From contig CAYIYK010000001.1 of the NCBI GenBank assembly GCA_964367745.1, positions 28,142-92,141 on the forward strand: 64,000 nt of DNA, in the 5' to 3' direction. This stretch comes from an uncultured Candidatus Saccharibacteria bacterium. Lineage in GTDB: Bacteria > Patescibacteriota > Minisyncoccia > Phycocordibacterales > PALSA-1337. Shown one piece after another: positions 26,276 to 35,268 of the stretch. Numbering within the stretch: position 1 is the first letter of the stretch; every line of letters begins with the position of its first letter. The notes beneath the pieces are model-generated. The model saw only the letters and a list, made by a program, of their open reading frames with translations, was not told the DNA's origin and ran no database searches. The position numbers and the translations under genes were made by a program.

Positions 26276-26773
26276 TTACTTCATATGCCTGAATGGGAAA
26301 TAATCTCGAATTTCTTTTTTACCAGATTGATCAGTATTAACTTCTACAAATCCTGTATAAATCTGGTTCGTATCATTTCTTGAAGTCAATGGACTATCAA
26401 GCGATACGAGGATAGGGAGAGGGGTGACTGGGGTGGTGGCAAGCACCTTATGTATAGGATCAAGACTAGTTACTTTTTCTTGATGTAGAATGACCAGATT
26501 CATTCCACCTGGTCCATCGTAGCTATTTATAATTCTGTATAGACCATTAGTTATGCTACTAAGCGTTGGAATGGTGGTAGAGGTGAAACTTGATTTAAGT
26601 TTTTTGAGTTCCATCAGTGTTGAGACATATAAACTCGCCAATATCACTAATACAGTGCTACATATAAACAACACTTGCTTGAGTCCGTAAGTTGTTTTAA
26701 CAAAAAATGTAATTAAAATCCAAAACACACCAAAGGTTATGGCGATGATTAATGATTCAATAAATGATTCCAT
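26276..26773 (-). CDS. hypothetical membrane protein
   Basis: Two N-terminal TM helices. ORF track. Confidence 0.4.
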   Translation of the reverse strand: MESFIESLIIAITFGVFWILITFFVKTTYGLKQVLFICSTVLVILASLYVSTLMELKKLKSSFTSTTIPTLSSITNGLYRIINSYDGPGGMNLVILHQEKVTSLDPIHKVLATTPVTPLPILVSLDSPLTSRNDTNQIYTGFVEVNTDQSGKKEIRDYFPFRHMK

Positions 26774-26849
26774 ATGAGTATCTTTTTAATGAGCGTTATT
26801 GCTCAAATCTAGAATTAGTTATATATTAGATTATACTAATAGTCAAGAT

Positions 26850-28052
26850 ATGAAAAAAGAAATAAAGCCAAAGGTATATATAGGTATGTCAGGCGGAGTC
26901 GACAGCTCTGTTTCAGCTGCTTTATTAAAAAAGCAGGGTTTTGACGTTACCGGAGTCTTTATAAAAGTATGGCAACCTAGTTGGATAAACTGCACATGGA
27001 AAGAAGATAGACTAGATGCTATGAGAGTTGCTGCGAAACTTGAAATTCCTTTTGTTACCCTTGATCTTGAAAAAGAATACAAAGAAGAGGTAGTGGACTA
27101 TATGATAAATGAATATAAAAAGGGAAGAACTCCAAACCCTGACGTTATGTGTAATCGATATGTTAAGTTTGGCGGATTTTTTGATTGGGCTATGAAAAAA
27201 GGTGCAGACTATGTTGCTACAGGACATTATGCGCAGATATATAGTGGCATAAAGAAGGTAGTATTAGATTCCTCAGACTCTGAGAAAAAGATGGAAACAG
27301 ACTCTTCAGGACACGCACTATCGCGTACTCGCGATGTGCTAGTTCTCGACGCCTTCGCGTCTCCGAAATGTCCTTCAGAATCTGTTCCATCTTTTTCTCT
27401 AGTTGCTGGAAATGACAAAAACAAAGATCAGACATATTTCCTTTGGACCCTCACTCAAGAGCAACTTTCAAAAACCCTTTTCCCAGTTGGTAATATTGAA
27501 AAGCCAGAAGTAAGGAAACTTGCAAAGAAATTTGATTTGCCAAATGCAGACAAGAAGGATAGCCAAGGACTCTGCTTTATAGGAAAGATAGATATAAAAG
27601 AATTCCTTTTACATTATATAGATGCGAAGAAGGGAGATGTTTTGAGTAAAAATGGTGAAGTTATAGGAGAACATGATGGCGCTTTCTTTTTTACAATTGG
27701 GGAAAGACATGGATTTAATATTTTTAAAAAGACTCCAAATGATGAACCGTATTATGTAATATCAAAGGATATCGATAAAAATACAATTACTGTTGCAAAT
27801 AAAGACATGGAAGGGAATTTACCAAACAATACAAATAAAATTCAATTGAAAGATGTAAATTGGAATCAAGGAAGTATAGAATATGGTAAAAAACTTAAAG
27901 CTCGTGCAAGGTACAGAGAAGTGCTACAGGATATTGTAATAAACAAGAATAATGAAGTTTTGTTTGATAAACCACAATCAACAATATCTGGTGGACAATC
28001 ACTAGTGGTTTATGACGGAGAGCAATGTTTAGGTGGAGGGATAATAGTTTGA
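26850..28052 (+). CDS. mnmA: tRNA 2-thiouridine(34) synthase MnmA, with an in-frame GC-rich insertion of about 44 aa
   Basis: PP-loop IGMSGGVDSS, NKDQTYFLW, C-terminal GQSLVVYDGEQCLGGG. About 60 residues lie between GHY and NKDQ, against about 18 in E. coli MnmA. Confidence 0.85.
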   Translation: MKKEIKPKVYIGMSGGVDSSVSAALLKKQGFDVTGVFIKVWQPSWINCTWKEDRLDAMRVAAKLEIPFVTLDLEKEYKEEVVDYMINEYKKGRTPNPDVMCNRYVKFGGFFDWAMKKGADYVATGHYAQIYSGIKKVVLDSSDSEKKMETDSSGHALSRTRDVLVLDAFASPKCPSESVPSFSLVAGNDKNKDQTYFLWTLTQEQLSKTLFPVGNIEKPEVRKLAKKFDLPNADKKDSQGLCFIGKIDIKEFLLHYIDAKKGDVLSKNGEVIGEHDGAFFFTIGERHGFNIFKKTPNDEPYYVISKDIDKNTITVANKDMEGNLPNNTNKIQLKDVNWNQGSIEYGKKLKARARYREVLQDIVINKNNEVLFDKPQSTISGGQSLVVYDGEQCLGGGIIV

Positions 28053-28094
28053 CTTTATCTATAAAGTAGTGTAGGATATTTTTGGATAAAAAAC

Positions 28095-28433
28095 ATGGAG
28101 GAGAAAATTATGTATTATTTGTTTGCTATTTTAACGGTAGCGCTTATCTGGTTCATATACACCTGTGGTAAGCGTGAGAGAGCGATGAACGAAGCGACCG
28201 AGGTAATACTCGAAACGCTCAGAAATAATTCAAGCGTAATGAGTGCCTCTGACATTCATTTTGCAATTACTCAAGCCGAAATCGATGTTAGTGTTAATGA
28301 TGTCTATCACCAACTTATTCTGTTGTGCGAATCAAGGCACATTAGGTGCTATAAGCAACCTGAATTTAACGGAAACATGATCGTGTCTCATGGCACTTAC
28401 GCCATCGACACGATTTCCGATTACAGTCGATGA
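28095..28433 (+). CDS. hypothetical small membrane-anchored protein
   Basis: N-terminal TM YYLFAILTVALIWFIY. ORF track. Confidence 0.35.
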   Translation: MEEKIMYYLFAILTVALIWFIYTCGKRERAMNEATEVILETLRNNSSVMSASDIHFAITQAEIDVSVNDVYHQLILLCESRHIRCYKQPEFNGNMIVSHGTYAIDTISDYSR

Positions 28434-28452
28434 GAAGACACCACACAAGAGC

Positions 28453-28480
28453 ACGTCACTATATGTGACGGCTTTTTTTT
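28453..28480 (+). terminator. rho-independent terminator
   Basis: gtcac-tatat-gtgac ggc followed by tttttttt. Confidence 0.55.
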
Positions 28481-28499
28481 ATTATGATATTATTTATTT

Positions 28500-29342
28500 A
28501 TGAATCACCTTATAACAATCACCAAAGCGGATGGAAAGAAAGAATTATTTGAAGAACAAAAATTAATCGATTCATTGAGAAATGCTGGTGGTAGTGAAGA
28601 AATAATAGATGATATTCTAGGTCATATAGGTAAAGAAATATATGACGGAATGCCAACTAGTGAGATTTATTCTAGAGCATTCAAACTTCTACGAAGTCAC
28701 TCTATGCCTATGGCTATCAAGTATTCTTTGCGAAGAGCACTTTCTGATCTTGGTCCAGACGGTTTTCCTTTTGAAAAATATGTAGCAAAAATATTTCAAG
28801 CTTGGGGATATGAAACTCTTACAGACCAGACTGTTCTAGGTGTATGTGTGGCACACGAAGTAGATGTTATTGCTTGGAATAAAGACAGGTTGATGATGGT
28901 TGAAGCAAAATTCCACAATGAACTAGATCTAAAGTCTGATTTAAAAGTGATTTTGTATATCAAAGCAAGATTTGATGATCTCAGAGGTAATATGTTCAAG
29001 TATGGAGGAATCGTCCGAAAGCTAGATGAGGGATGGCTAATAACGAATACTAAGTTTACCGATCAAGCTATAAGATATGGAGAATGTAATGGTGTAAAGA
29101 TGCTCGGTTGGAACTATCCAGCAAAGGGCAATCTTCAAGATATCATCGAAGAATTGAGACTTCATCCTTTTACTTGTCTTGCAAATATTTCAAATGTAAA
29201 TAAAAAAGCATTATTGAAAAAAGGTGTAGTTCTGTGTACTGATATTTATAATAACCCAAAAGTTTTGGAGGAAATAGGTATGAAAGAACCAAATATTGAG
29301 GAAGTAATGAATGAAATAAAAGTTGTTTGCGGAATAAACTAG
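28500..29342 (+). CDS. ATP-cone domain fused to a PD-(D/E)xK (Mrr-like restriction-endonuclease fold) nuclease domain
   Basis: The N-terminal ITKADGKKELFEEQKLIDSLRNAG is an ATP-cone. FEKYVAKIFQAWGYE...VDVIAW...VEAKFH gives the D...ExK nuclease core. Confidence 0.55.
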   Translation: MNHLITITKADGKKELFEEQKLIDSLRNAGGSEEIIDDILGHIGKEIYDGMPTSEIYSRAFKLLRSHSMPMAIKYSLRRALSDLGPDGFPFEKYVAKIFQAWGYETLTDQTVLGVCVAHEVDVIAWNKDRLMMVEAKFHNELDLKSDLKVILYIKARFDDLRGNMFKYGGIVRKLDEGWLITNTKFTDQAIRYGECNGVKMLGWNYPAKGNLQDIIEELRLHPFTCLANISNVNKKALLKKGVVLCTDIYNNPKVLEEIGMKEPNIEEVMNEIKVVCGIN

Positions 29343-29361
29343 TTTGTTCTATATTGTTCAC

Positions 29362-31167
29362 ATGACTGCAAAATCCTTTTTAGACTATTTAAATATTAAG
29401 TATCATAAACTCCATACAAGTTTTGAAAAATCATTCTGGGATTTTCGTATGGGTATAAATACTGATGGAAGTAAGATGAATAAAACCGAGCAAGCTCGAG
29501 ATAGTTTCCGTTCTAATAAAAAACTTAAAGAACAAACTGAATTATACATTCCAAAAGCAAAGGGTGAGATTAAAAAGAGATTAAAGATCTGGAATGATTT
29601 CTTTAGTCTATATCAAATTCCTGATCATGCTGTCCCTTTAAGAAAAAAGGTAGCTCTCATAGAAGAAAAAATACTTAATATACAGGGTAGTAGAAAAGAA
29701 GGATATATAGACCCAGTATCTGGTAAATTCGTTGAATCATCTATGAATAAGATGAGGCTTATGATGAGGTCAAATCCCGATGAAAATATCCGTAAGGCCT
29801 GTTTTGAGGCCATTGAAGCTATACCTCTAGGTACTCTGGATGACTATATTGAGGTTATAAAATATAGGAATGAATACGCCAGAGCTTTGGGTTATGAAGA
29901 TTTTTATGATTATAAGATCCATCTTGATGAGGGAATGACAAAAGATGAATTATTTAAAATATTCGAAAAGATTTATGATAAAACAAAATTTGCTTTTGAT
30001 AACGTTCGTAAACTAGAAATAGAGAAACCTGGTTTGAGAAAACCATGGAATTTTGGATATATGATATCTGGGAATTTAGTAAAAGAAGAAGATCAATATT
30101 TCCAATTTGAAGATGTATTGTTATATTGGGGTAAAACTTTTTCTGCTATGGGAATAGATTATGCTGGAGGAGAATTGAAACTAGATTTATTGGATAGAAA
30201 AGGGAAGTGGAATAATGGTTTTTGTCATTATCCAAAACTTGTTTGCTATTCAGACAAAGGCAAAATCTTGCCTGCTTCATCAAGCTTCACCTCGAATGCA
30301 ATCCCATCGGAGCTAGGCTCTGGAATCAATGGAATAAATACAGTATTCCATGAAGCAGGCCATGCTGCGCATGGGCTGAACTCCGTTCAGCAAGATGTTT
30401 GCCTAAACCATGAATACCCACCGAACTCAGTTTCTTGGTCTGAAACTCATAGTATGTTTCTAGATTTTATATCTTCATCAATAGAATGGAGAGTTAGATA
30501 TGCAAAGAATAAAAATGGTGATAGTTATCCATTTGAATTGTTTGAAAAAAGATTAAAAGCGGTAATAGATATTATTCCACTTGAAATGATGGGAATTATT
30601 TCAGTTATGGATTTCGAAAGAAGAATATATGAATGTAAGGATCTTACAAGAGATTTTGTATTAAATACTGCAAAGGAAATCAACAAAAAATATTTTGACT
30701 ATTCTGAATCATCACTGTCTTCATTGAATGTACCTCATATATATTCATGGGAAAGTTCTGCGTATTATCACGGCTATGGATTGGCAGAGATAGCCGTGTC
30801 ACAATGGAGAGAATATTTCTTTAAGAAATACGGATATATAATCGATAATCCAAAAGTCGGCAAAGAAATGAAAAAAGTTTGGAAATATGGTTCTCTATAT
30901 AAATCAAATAAATTAATAAAAATTGCTACAGGTAAAAGTCTTGATCCAGATTCATATATAAAAGATATTACAAGAACATATGAAAAAAGGGTAATTGATG
31001 CAAAGAATAGAATATCAAAGCTGGAAAAAATACCTTTGAATAATAATGATATAGAGTTAAATGCAAAAATATCAATTGTTCATGGTAAAGAAAAGATAGC
31101 TGACAATAAAAAGAGTTTTGAAGATATGGACGAGAAGTTTAAGGATTGGATTAAGAGTCTAAAATAA
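29362..31167 (+). CDS. M3-family oligoendopeptidase (PepF-like)
   Basis: Zinc-binding motif TVFHEAGHAAH (HExxH) with a downstream Glu. The length of about 600 aa is typical. Confidence 0.75.
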   Translation: MTAKSFLDYLNIKYHKLHTSFEKSFWDFRMGINTDGSKMNKTEQARDSFRSNKKLKEQTELYIPKAKGEIKKRLKIWNDFFSLYQIPDHAVPLRKKVALIEEKILNIQGSRKEGYIDPVSGKFVESSMNKMRLMMRSNPDENIRKACFEAIEAIPLGTLDDYIEVIKYRNEYARALGYEDFYDYKIHLDEGMTKDELFKIFEKIYDKTKFAFDNVRKLEIEKPGLRKPWNFGYMISGNLVKEEDQYFQFEDVLLYWGKTFSAMGIDYAGGELKLDLLDRKGKWNNGFCHYPKLVCYSDKGKILPASSSFTSNAIPSELGSGINGINTVFHEAGHAAHGLNSVQQDVCLNHEYPPNSVSWSETHSMFLDFISSSIEWRVRYAKNKNGDSYPFELFEKRLKAVIDIIPLEMMGIISVMDFERRIYECKDLTRDFVLNTAKEINKKYFDYSESSLSSLNVPHIYSWESSAYYHGYGLAEIAVSQWREYFFKKYGYIIDNPKVGKEMKKVWKYGSLYKSNKLIKIATGKSLDPDSYIKDITRTYEKRVIDAKNRISKLEKIPLNNNDIELNAKISIVHGKEKIADNKKSFEDMDEKFKDWIKSLK

Positions 31168-31173
31168 AAGAAA

Positions 31174-31200
31174 GCACCGGTTTGTAAGCGGTGCTTTTTG
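31174..31200. terminator. bidirectional terminator
   Basis: gcaccg-gtttgtaag-cggtgc followed by tttttg. Confidence 0.55.
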
Positions 31201-31217
31201 TTGGTACTCATTTCGAT

Positions 31218-31760
31218 TCATCTTGTTGTATCTGATTCTATGTAATTAGGAAATCTATCGACGGGTACATTCGACAGATCAATATCGTTTTCTCTAGGTA
31301 GCCCCAGTTCTTCACTACCACCAAGTCTCTCGGTGTGTTTACCAAAGATGTCACAAGTATGACCAGTGTAGTAGTACATATTTGCTCGGTTCTTGTTAAA
31401 GACGAGGATAATGAATGCTCCTGAATTTTTTGGAGCAATCCACTTGAGACTTCCGACGCAATAACCCACACTAGGATCGTATTTGAAGCAATTCCAGACA
31501 AGCAGGTTTGTATCACTGGCGTCCTGATGTAGTAATGTAGAACTCGGACTTAGAACCCTAAAAATCCTCGATGCCGTTATTGTAGAAGCCTCAACTTCAC
31601 AACGCTGCGCTTGACCCTTGAGTTTGTGTTGCAGTGTTGCAATAAAATCCGCATTTTCATCTGTGATCATTGCCTTCGTCACGCAATCGACGAAATGTAA
31701 TAATCCATCGACATGGCTTAATCCCGGCGACTTTCCATTGAATATTGATTTACCTTTCAT
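31218..31760 (-). CDS. hypothetical protein, GC-rich ORFan (180 aa)
   Basis: ORF track. About 48% GC by eye. No motif. Confidence 0.4.
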   Translation of the reverse strand: MKGKSIFNGKSPGLSHVDGLLHFVDCVTKAMITDENADFIATLQHKLKGQAQRCEVEASTITASRIFRVLSPSSTLLHQDASDTNLLVWNCFKYDPSVGYCVGSLKWIAPKNSGAFIILVFNKNRANMYYYTGHTCDIFGKHTERLGGSEELGLPRENDIDLSNVPVDRFPNYIESDTTR

Positions 31761-31894
31761 TATACCTCACTTTTTCAGTTTGAATTTTCGTTAACAATGT
31801 GTCTATTCGTACAGACATCTATTTAAAATACTAACAAATAGTGCGTAATAGGCAATAGTTCAAAATAAATGAGTTTCGTGATAAACTCTGTTTT

Positions 31895-33670
31895 ATGAAA
31901 TCAAGTGAAATCAGGTCAAAATTTCTTAATTTTTTTAAAGAAAAGGAACACGCCATTATCCCCTCAGCTTCACTTGTAACTAGTGATGATAAAGGGGTTA
32001 CAAACAGTACTCTTTTTAATACTGCAGGAATGCAACCTCTAGTTCCATATCTACTCGGCAAAGCTCATCCAGAAGGCAAAAGACTAGTAAATGTACAAAA
32101 GGTTTTGAGAACTGTAGATATCGATGATATTGGTGACAAAACTCATGCAACATTTTTTGAAATGCTTGGTAACTGGTCTTTGGGAGACTATTTTAAAGAG
32201 GAAGCAATAAATTGGAGTTACAATTTTCTTACAGACAGAGAGCAAGGTTTGGGTCTAGATCCGAGAAGACTTTATGTAACAGTTTTTGAAGGAGACGATA
32301 TTGCTCCAAGAGATGAGGAAGCTGCTTCAATTTGGAAAAAGATATTTGATGAAAATGGAATAGAGGGAAATAGAATATTCTATCTTCCAGCAAAGAACAA
32401 TTGGTGGGAAGCTGGAGACAATGGTCCTTGTGGTCCAGATACAGAAATGTTCTATGATGTGTCAAATACCTTTAACGGCAAAGGACTGACTCACGAAGAA
32501 TATATAAAAGCTGATGATGAAAGATATGTTATCGAAGTTTGGAATGATGTATTCATGCAGTATGAAAAGAAAGATGGAAAGATTGTTGGCAAACTCCCAA
32601 AACCATCAGTTGATACGGGTGCAGGACTTGAGAGACTAACAATGACGCTACAAAGCGTTGATAATATTTATGATACAGATCTGTTGAAACCTTTGATGGA
32701 TTATATAAAGAATTCATCAAAAGACTGGAATCTAAAATCAGCTAGAATAATTTCAGACCATATACGATCATCAATATTACTAATCGGTGATGGAGTAATA
32801 CCTTCAAATACAGATAGAGGCTATATTCTAAGAAGACTTTTAAGAAGAGCTATTGTAAATGCAAATAAAATAAGGTTGCAAGAATTTAGTCTAAAAAATC
32901 TAGTAGATATTGTCGTAAATAATTATAAGGATGTATATCCAATACTTGCAGAAAAGTCTGATTATATAAAGAATGAAATAAATGCTGAAGAAGAAAAATT
33001 CAGAAAGACACTAGAGAAAGGATTAAAAGAATTTGAAAAGGGAACTGACGCTTTTGTACTATTTTCAAGTTATGGTTTCCCTCTTGAACTGACTTTAGAA
33101 TTGGCAAAAGAAAAAGGACTTTCTGTTGATATAGAGAAGTTCAATGAGGAATTCAAAAAACACCAAGACCTATCTCGCTCAGGAGCAGAACAGAAGTTCA
33201 AAGGAGGTTTGGCGGATACAAGTGAAATGTCTATAAAATACCATACAGCAACACATCTTTTGCATCAGGCTCTGCACGACGTTTTGGGAGATGGAGTTGG
33301 ACAAAAAGGCTCAAATATAACTCCAGAGAGATTGAGATTCGATTTTTCTTATGATAAGAAAATGACGGATGAAGAAAAGAAAAAAGTAGAAGATATAATA
33401 AATGAAAAAATAAAACTAGGTCTACCGGTACAGAATGTAGTTATGCCAAAAGCAGAAGCAGAAAAGACCGGAGCAAGGCACTTCTTTGGTGAAAAATATG
33501 CTGATGAAGTATCGATATATTTTATTGGTAAGGATTTACAAACTGCATATTCAAAAGAATTCTGTGGAGGTCCTCATGTGAAGAATACAAATGAGCTTGG
33601 AACATTCAAAATTCAGAAAGAAGAAGCTAGCTCTCAAGGTGTAAGAAGAATAAAAGCTATTTTGACTTAG
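31895..33670 (+). CDS. alaS: alanyl-tRNA synthetase, short form with catalytic and editing domains and no C-Ala domain
   Basis: N-terminal FLNFFKEKEHAIIPSASLV...NTAGMQP. Editing-domain motifs HTATHLLHQALHDVLG and CGGPHV. 591 aa. Confidence 0.85.
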   Translation: MKSSEIRSKFLNFFKEKEHAIIPSASLVTSDDKGVTNSTLFNTAGMQPLVPYLLGKAHPEGKRLVNVQKVLRTVDIDDIGDKTHATFFEMLGNWSLGDYFKEEAINWSYNFLTDREQGLGLDPRRLYVTVFEGDDIAPRDEEAASIWKKIFDENGIEGNRIFYLPAKNNWWEAGDNGPCGPDTEMFYDVSNTFNGKGLTHEEYIKADDERYVIEVWNDVFMQYEKKDGKIVGKLPKPSVDTGAGLERLTMTLQSVDNIYDTDLLKPLMDYIKNSSKDWNLKSARIISDHIRSSILLIGDGVIPSNTDRGYILRRLLRRAIVNANKIRLQEFSLKNLVDIVVNNYKDVYPILAEKSDYIKNEINAEEEKFRKTLEKGLKEFEKGTDAFVLFSSYGFPLELTLELAKEKGLSVDIEKFNEEFKKHQDLSRSGAEQKFKGGLADTSEMSIKYHTATHLLHQALHDVLGDGVGQKGSNITPERLRFDFSYDKKMTDEEKKKVEDIINEKIKLGLPVQNVVMPKAEAEKTGARHFFGEKYADEVSIYFIGKDLQTAYSKEFCGGPHVKNTNELGTFKIQKEEASSQGVRRIKAILT

Positions 33671-34032
33671 TGCCCAAATTGCGATATATTCTTGTCGGAT
33701 CAAAAAAGGAGGAATTCGTGGAAAAAAATAGAAATACTTATAGCAGACTCGACAATCTTGTATTGGGAGGGTTTCTGACATTACTTGCGGTTTTAATGGC
33801 ATTATTTGCCGGTGCCATGGGTGTTATGGCTGTAACACCAATTGTTGGGATATACAGTGGTGCACTGTGTAAGAAAATTTTCATCGGTGCTATAATTTTC
33901 TCACTACTCACTGCAACGACGTACATTCTCAAGATCTATTTTGGGTTTGAGATTTGGCAAATTGCTTTGATTCTTTGTCTGTTCATCGCATCTTTCGTGT
34001 TTGCAAAGAGGATAACTAAAACTCAATGCTAA
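33670..34032 (+). CDS. hypothetical membrane protein
   Basis: Three predicted TM helices. ORF track. Confidence 0.35.
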   Translation: MPKLRYILVGSKKEEFVEKNRNTYSRLDNLVLGGFLTLLAVLMALFAGAMGVMAVTPIVGIYSGALCKKIFIGAIIFSLLTATTYILKIYFGFEIWQIALILCLFIASFVFAKRITKTQC

Positions 34033-34049
34033 CTCTGGTTTAGCCAGAA

Positions 34050-34083
34050 TCATTTTTAAAGGCTTGCTTTGCAAGCCTTTTCT
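34050..34083 (+). terminator. rho-independent terminator
   Basis: aaaggcttgc-tt-tgcaagcctttt followed by cttttg. Confidence 0.55.
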
Positions 34084-34117
34084 TTTGCATATTTCTCCAT
34101 GCTATAATATAGCAATC

Positions 34118-35248
34118 ATGTTTTCGCTTTTTTCCGATAAAAAAAAGGAAGTAAGAAGTATCATAATCGATATTCAAAGTGGTCTGGTTAGAGGCGCACT
34201 TGTTCTAGATAGACCAAATGAACCTTCTACTATTACTTGTGTCGTTACCAAGTCTATTTCCGGCAAATCTCAAATACAAAACTCTGAACACTTGGTAAAG
34301 AAAATGCTAAAACTTATAGGTGAAGTTGTGGAGCATTTGGCTAGAGACAATGGTAGAAATACTATTTCTCATATTAGTTATACACTCTCAGATCCTTGGA
34401 TCAATTCAAAATTAAAGACCGTAAAGATCAATTATGAAAAAGAAACCGAGATTACTACTGATATTTTAGAAAATATTATAAAAGAAGAATTAAAAAGTAG
34501 TTCCTCAACAACAGATATACGCCCGGTAGAGCAAAAGATTTTTGAAGTAAGGCTAAATGGCTACCCAGCTGTCATGTTTCAAGGCAAAAGGGCACACAGT
34601 CTGGAAGTTTCGCTATCTACATCATTTGGATCGAGTCAATTTTTAGATAAAGTATACGATACGATAAATAAGCATGTTCATGTAAAAAAGCACAATATAC
34701 ATTCGGCGTTGTTGATGCAATATATAGCAATGCAAGAGGTTTTGAAGAATAAAAATGAGTATCTTTATATACACGTACATAGTGAACTAACCGACCTTAT
34801 TGCTGTAAAAGACGGTCTTTGTAAGCATATTATCTCTTTTCCATTCGGTATTAAGACAGTTTTGAGAAAAGTAGCAAATGGATCAAATGAAAGTGTCGAA
34901 ACAAGTGATTCACTAATATCGCTTTTCCAGGGGGATAAACTAAGTGAACAAGAAAAAGAGAATATGCAAAGAATTATTACTCCTCTGGTCCATGAATGGA
35001 GTGATTTGTGTATAAAATCTTTCGAAGGTGTACTAGATATAAACAGTATTCCAAGAACAGTTTATCTATCTGCTCACAGTCATTTCGATCTATTCAAGGA
35101 GGCTCTTATTTTTCAAAATCAATTAAATTTTGATGTTATAGCATACGATTCTATTGCAATTGGTAATCAAATAAAGTTTGGCAAAGGTGTCGAAGTTAGT
35201 AATATGATGAGAATATACACATTTGCTTTAAGAAATGACAGAGTGTGA
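34118..35248 (+). CDS. hypothetical protein with an actin-like-ATPase-like pattern (FtsA/PilM/ParM-like) and degenerate phosphate-binding motifs
   Basis: IIIDIQSGLVRGALVL resembles the phosphate-1 motif hhDxGSxxh(K/R). LYIHVHSELTDLIAV resembles the phosphate-2 motif hhhDIGGGTTDIAV but lacks the glycines. The call is weak. Confidence 0.3.
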   Translation: MFSLFSDKKKEVRSIIIDIQSGLVRGALVLDRPNEPSTITCVVTKSISGKSQIQNSEHLVKKMLKLIGEVVEHLARDNGRNTISHISYTLSDPWINSKLKTVKINYEKETEITTDILENIIKEELKSSSSTTDIRPVEQKIFEVRLNGYPAVMFQGKRAHSLEVSLSTSFGSSQFLDKVYDTINKHVHVKKHNIHSALLMQYIAMQEVLKNKNEYLYIHVHSELTDLIAVKDGLCKHIISFPFGIKTVLRKVANGSNESVETSDSLISLFQGDKLSEQEKENMQRIITPLVHEWSDLCIKSFEGVLDINSIPRTVYLSAHSHFDLFKEALIFQNQLNFDVIAYDSIAIGNQIKFGKGVEVSNMMRIYTFALRNDRV

Positions 35249-35268
35249 TATAATATTTGTAAATTTGT

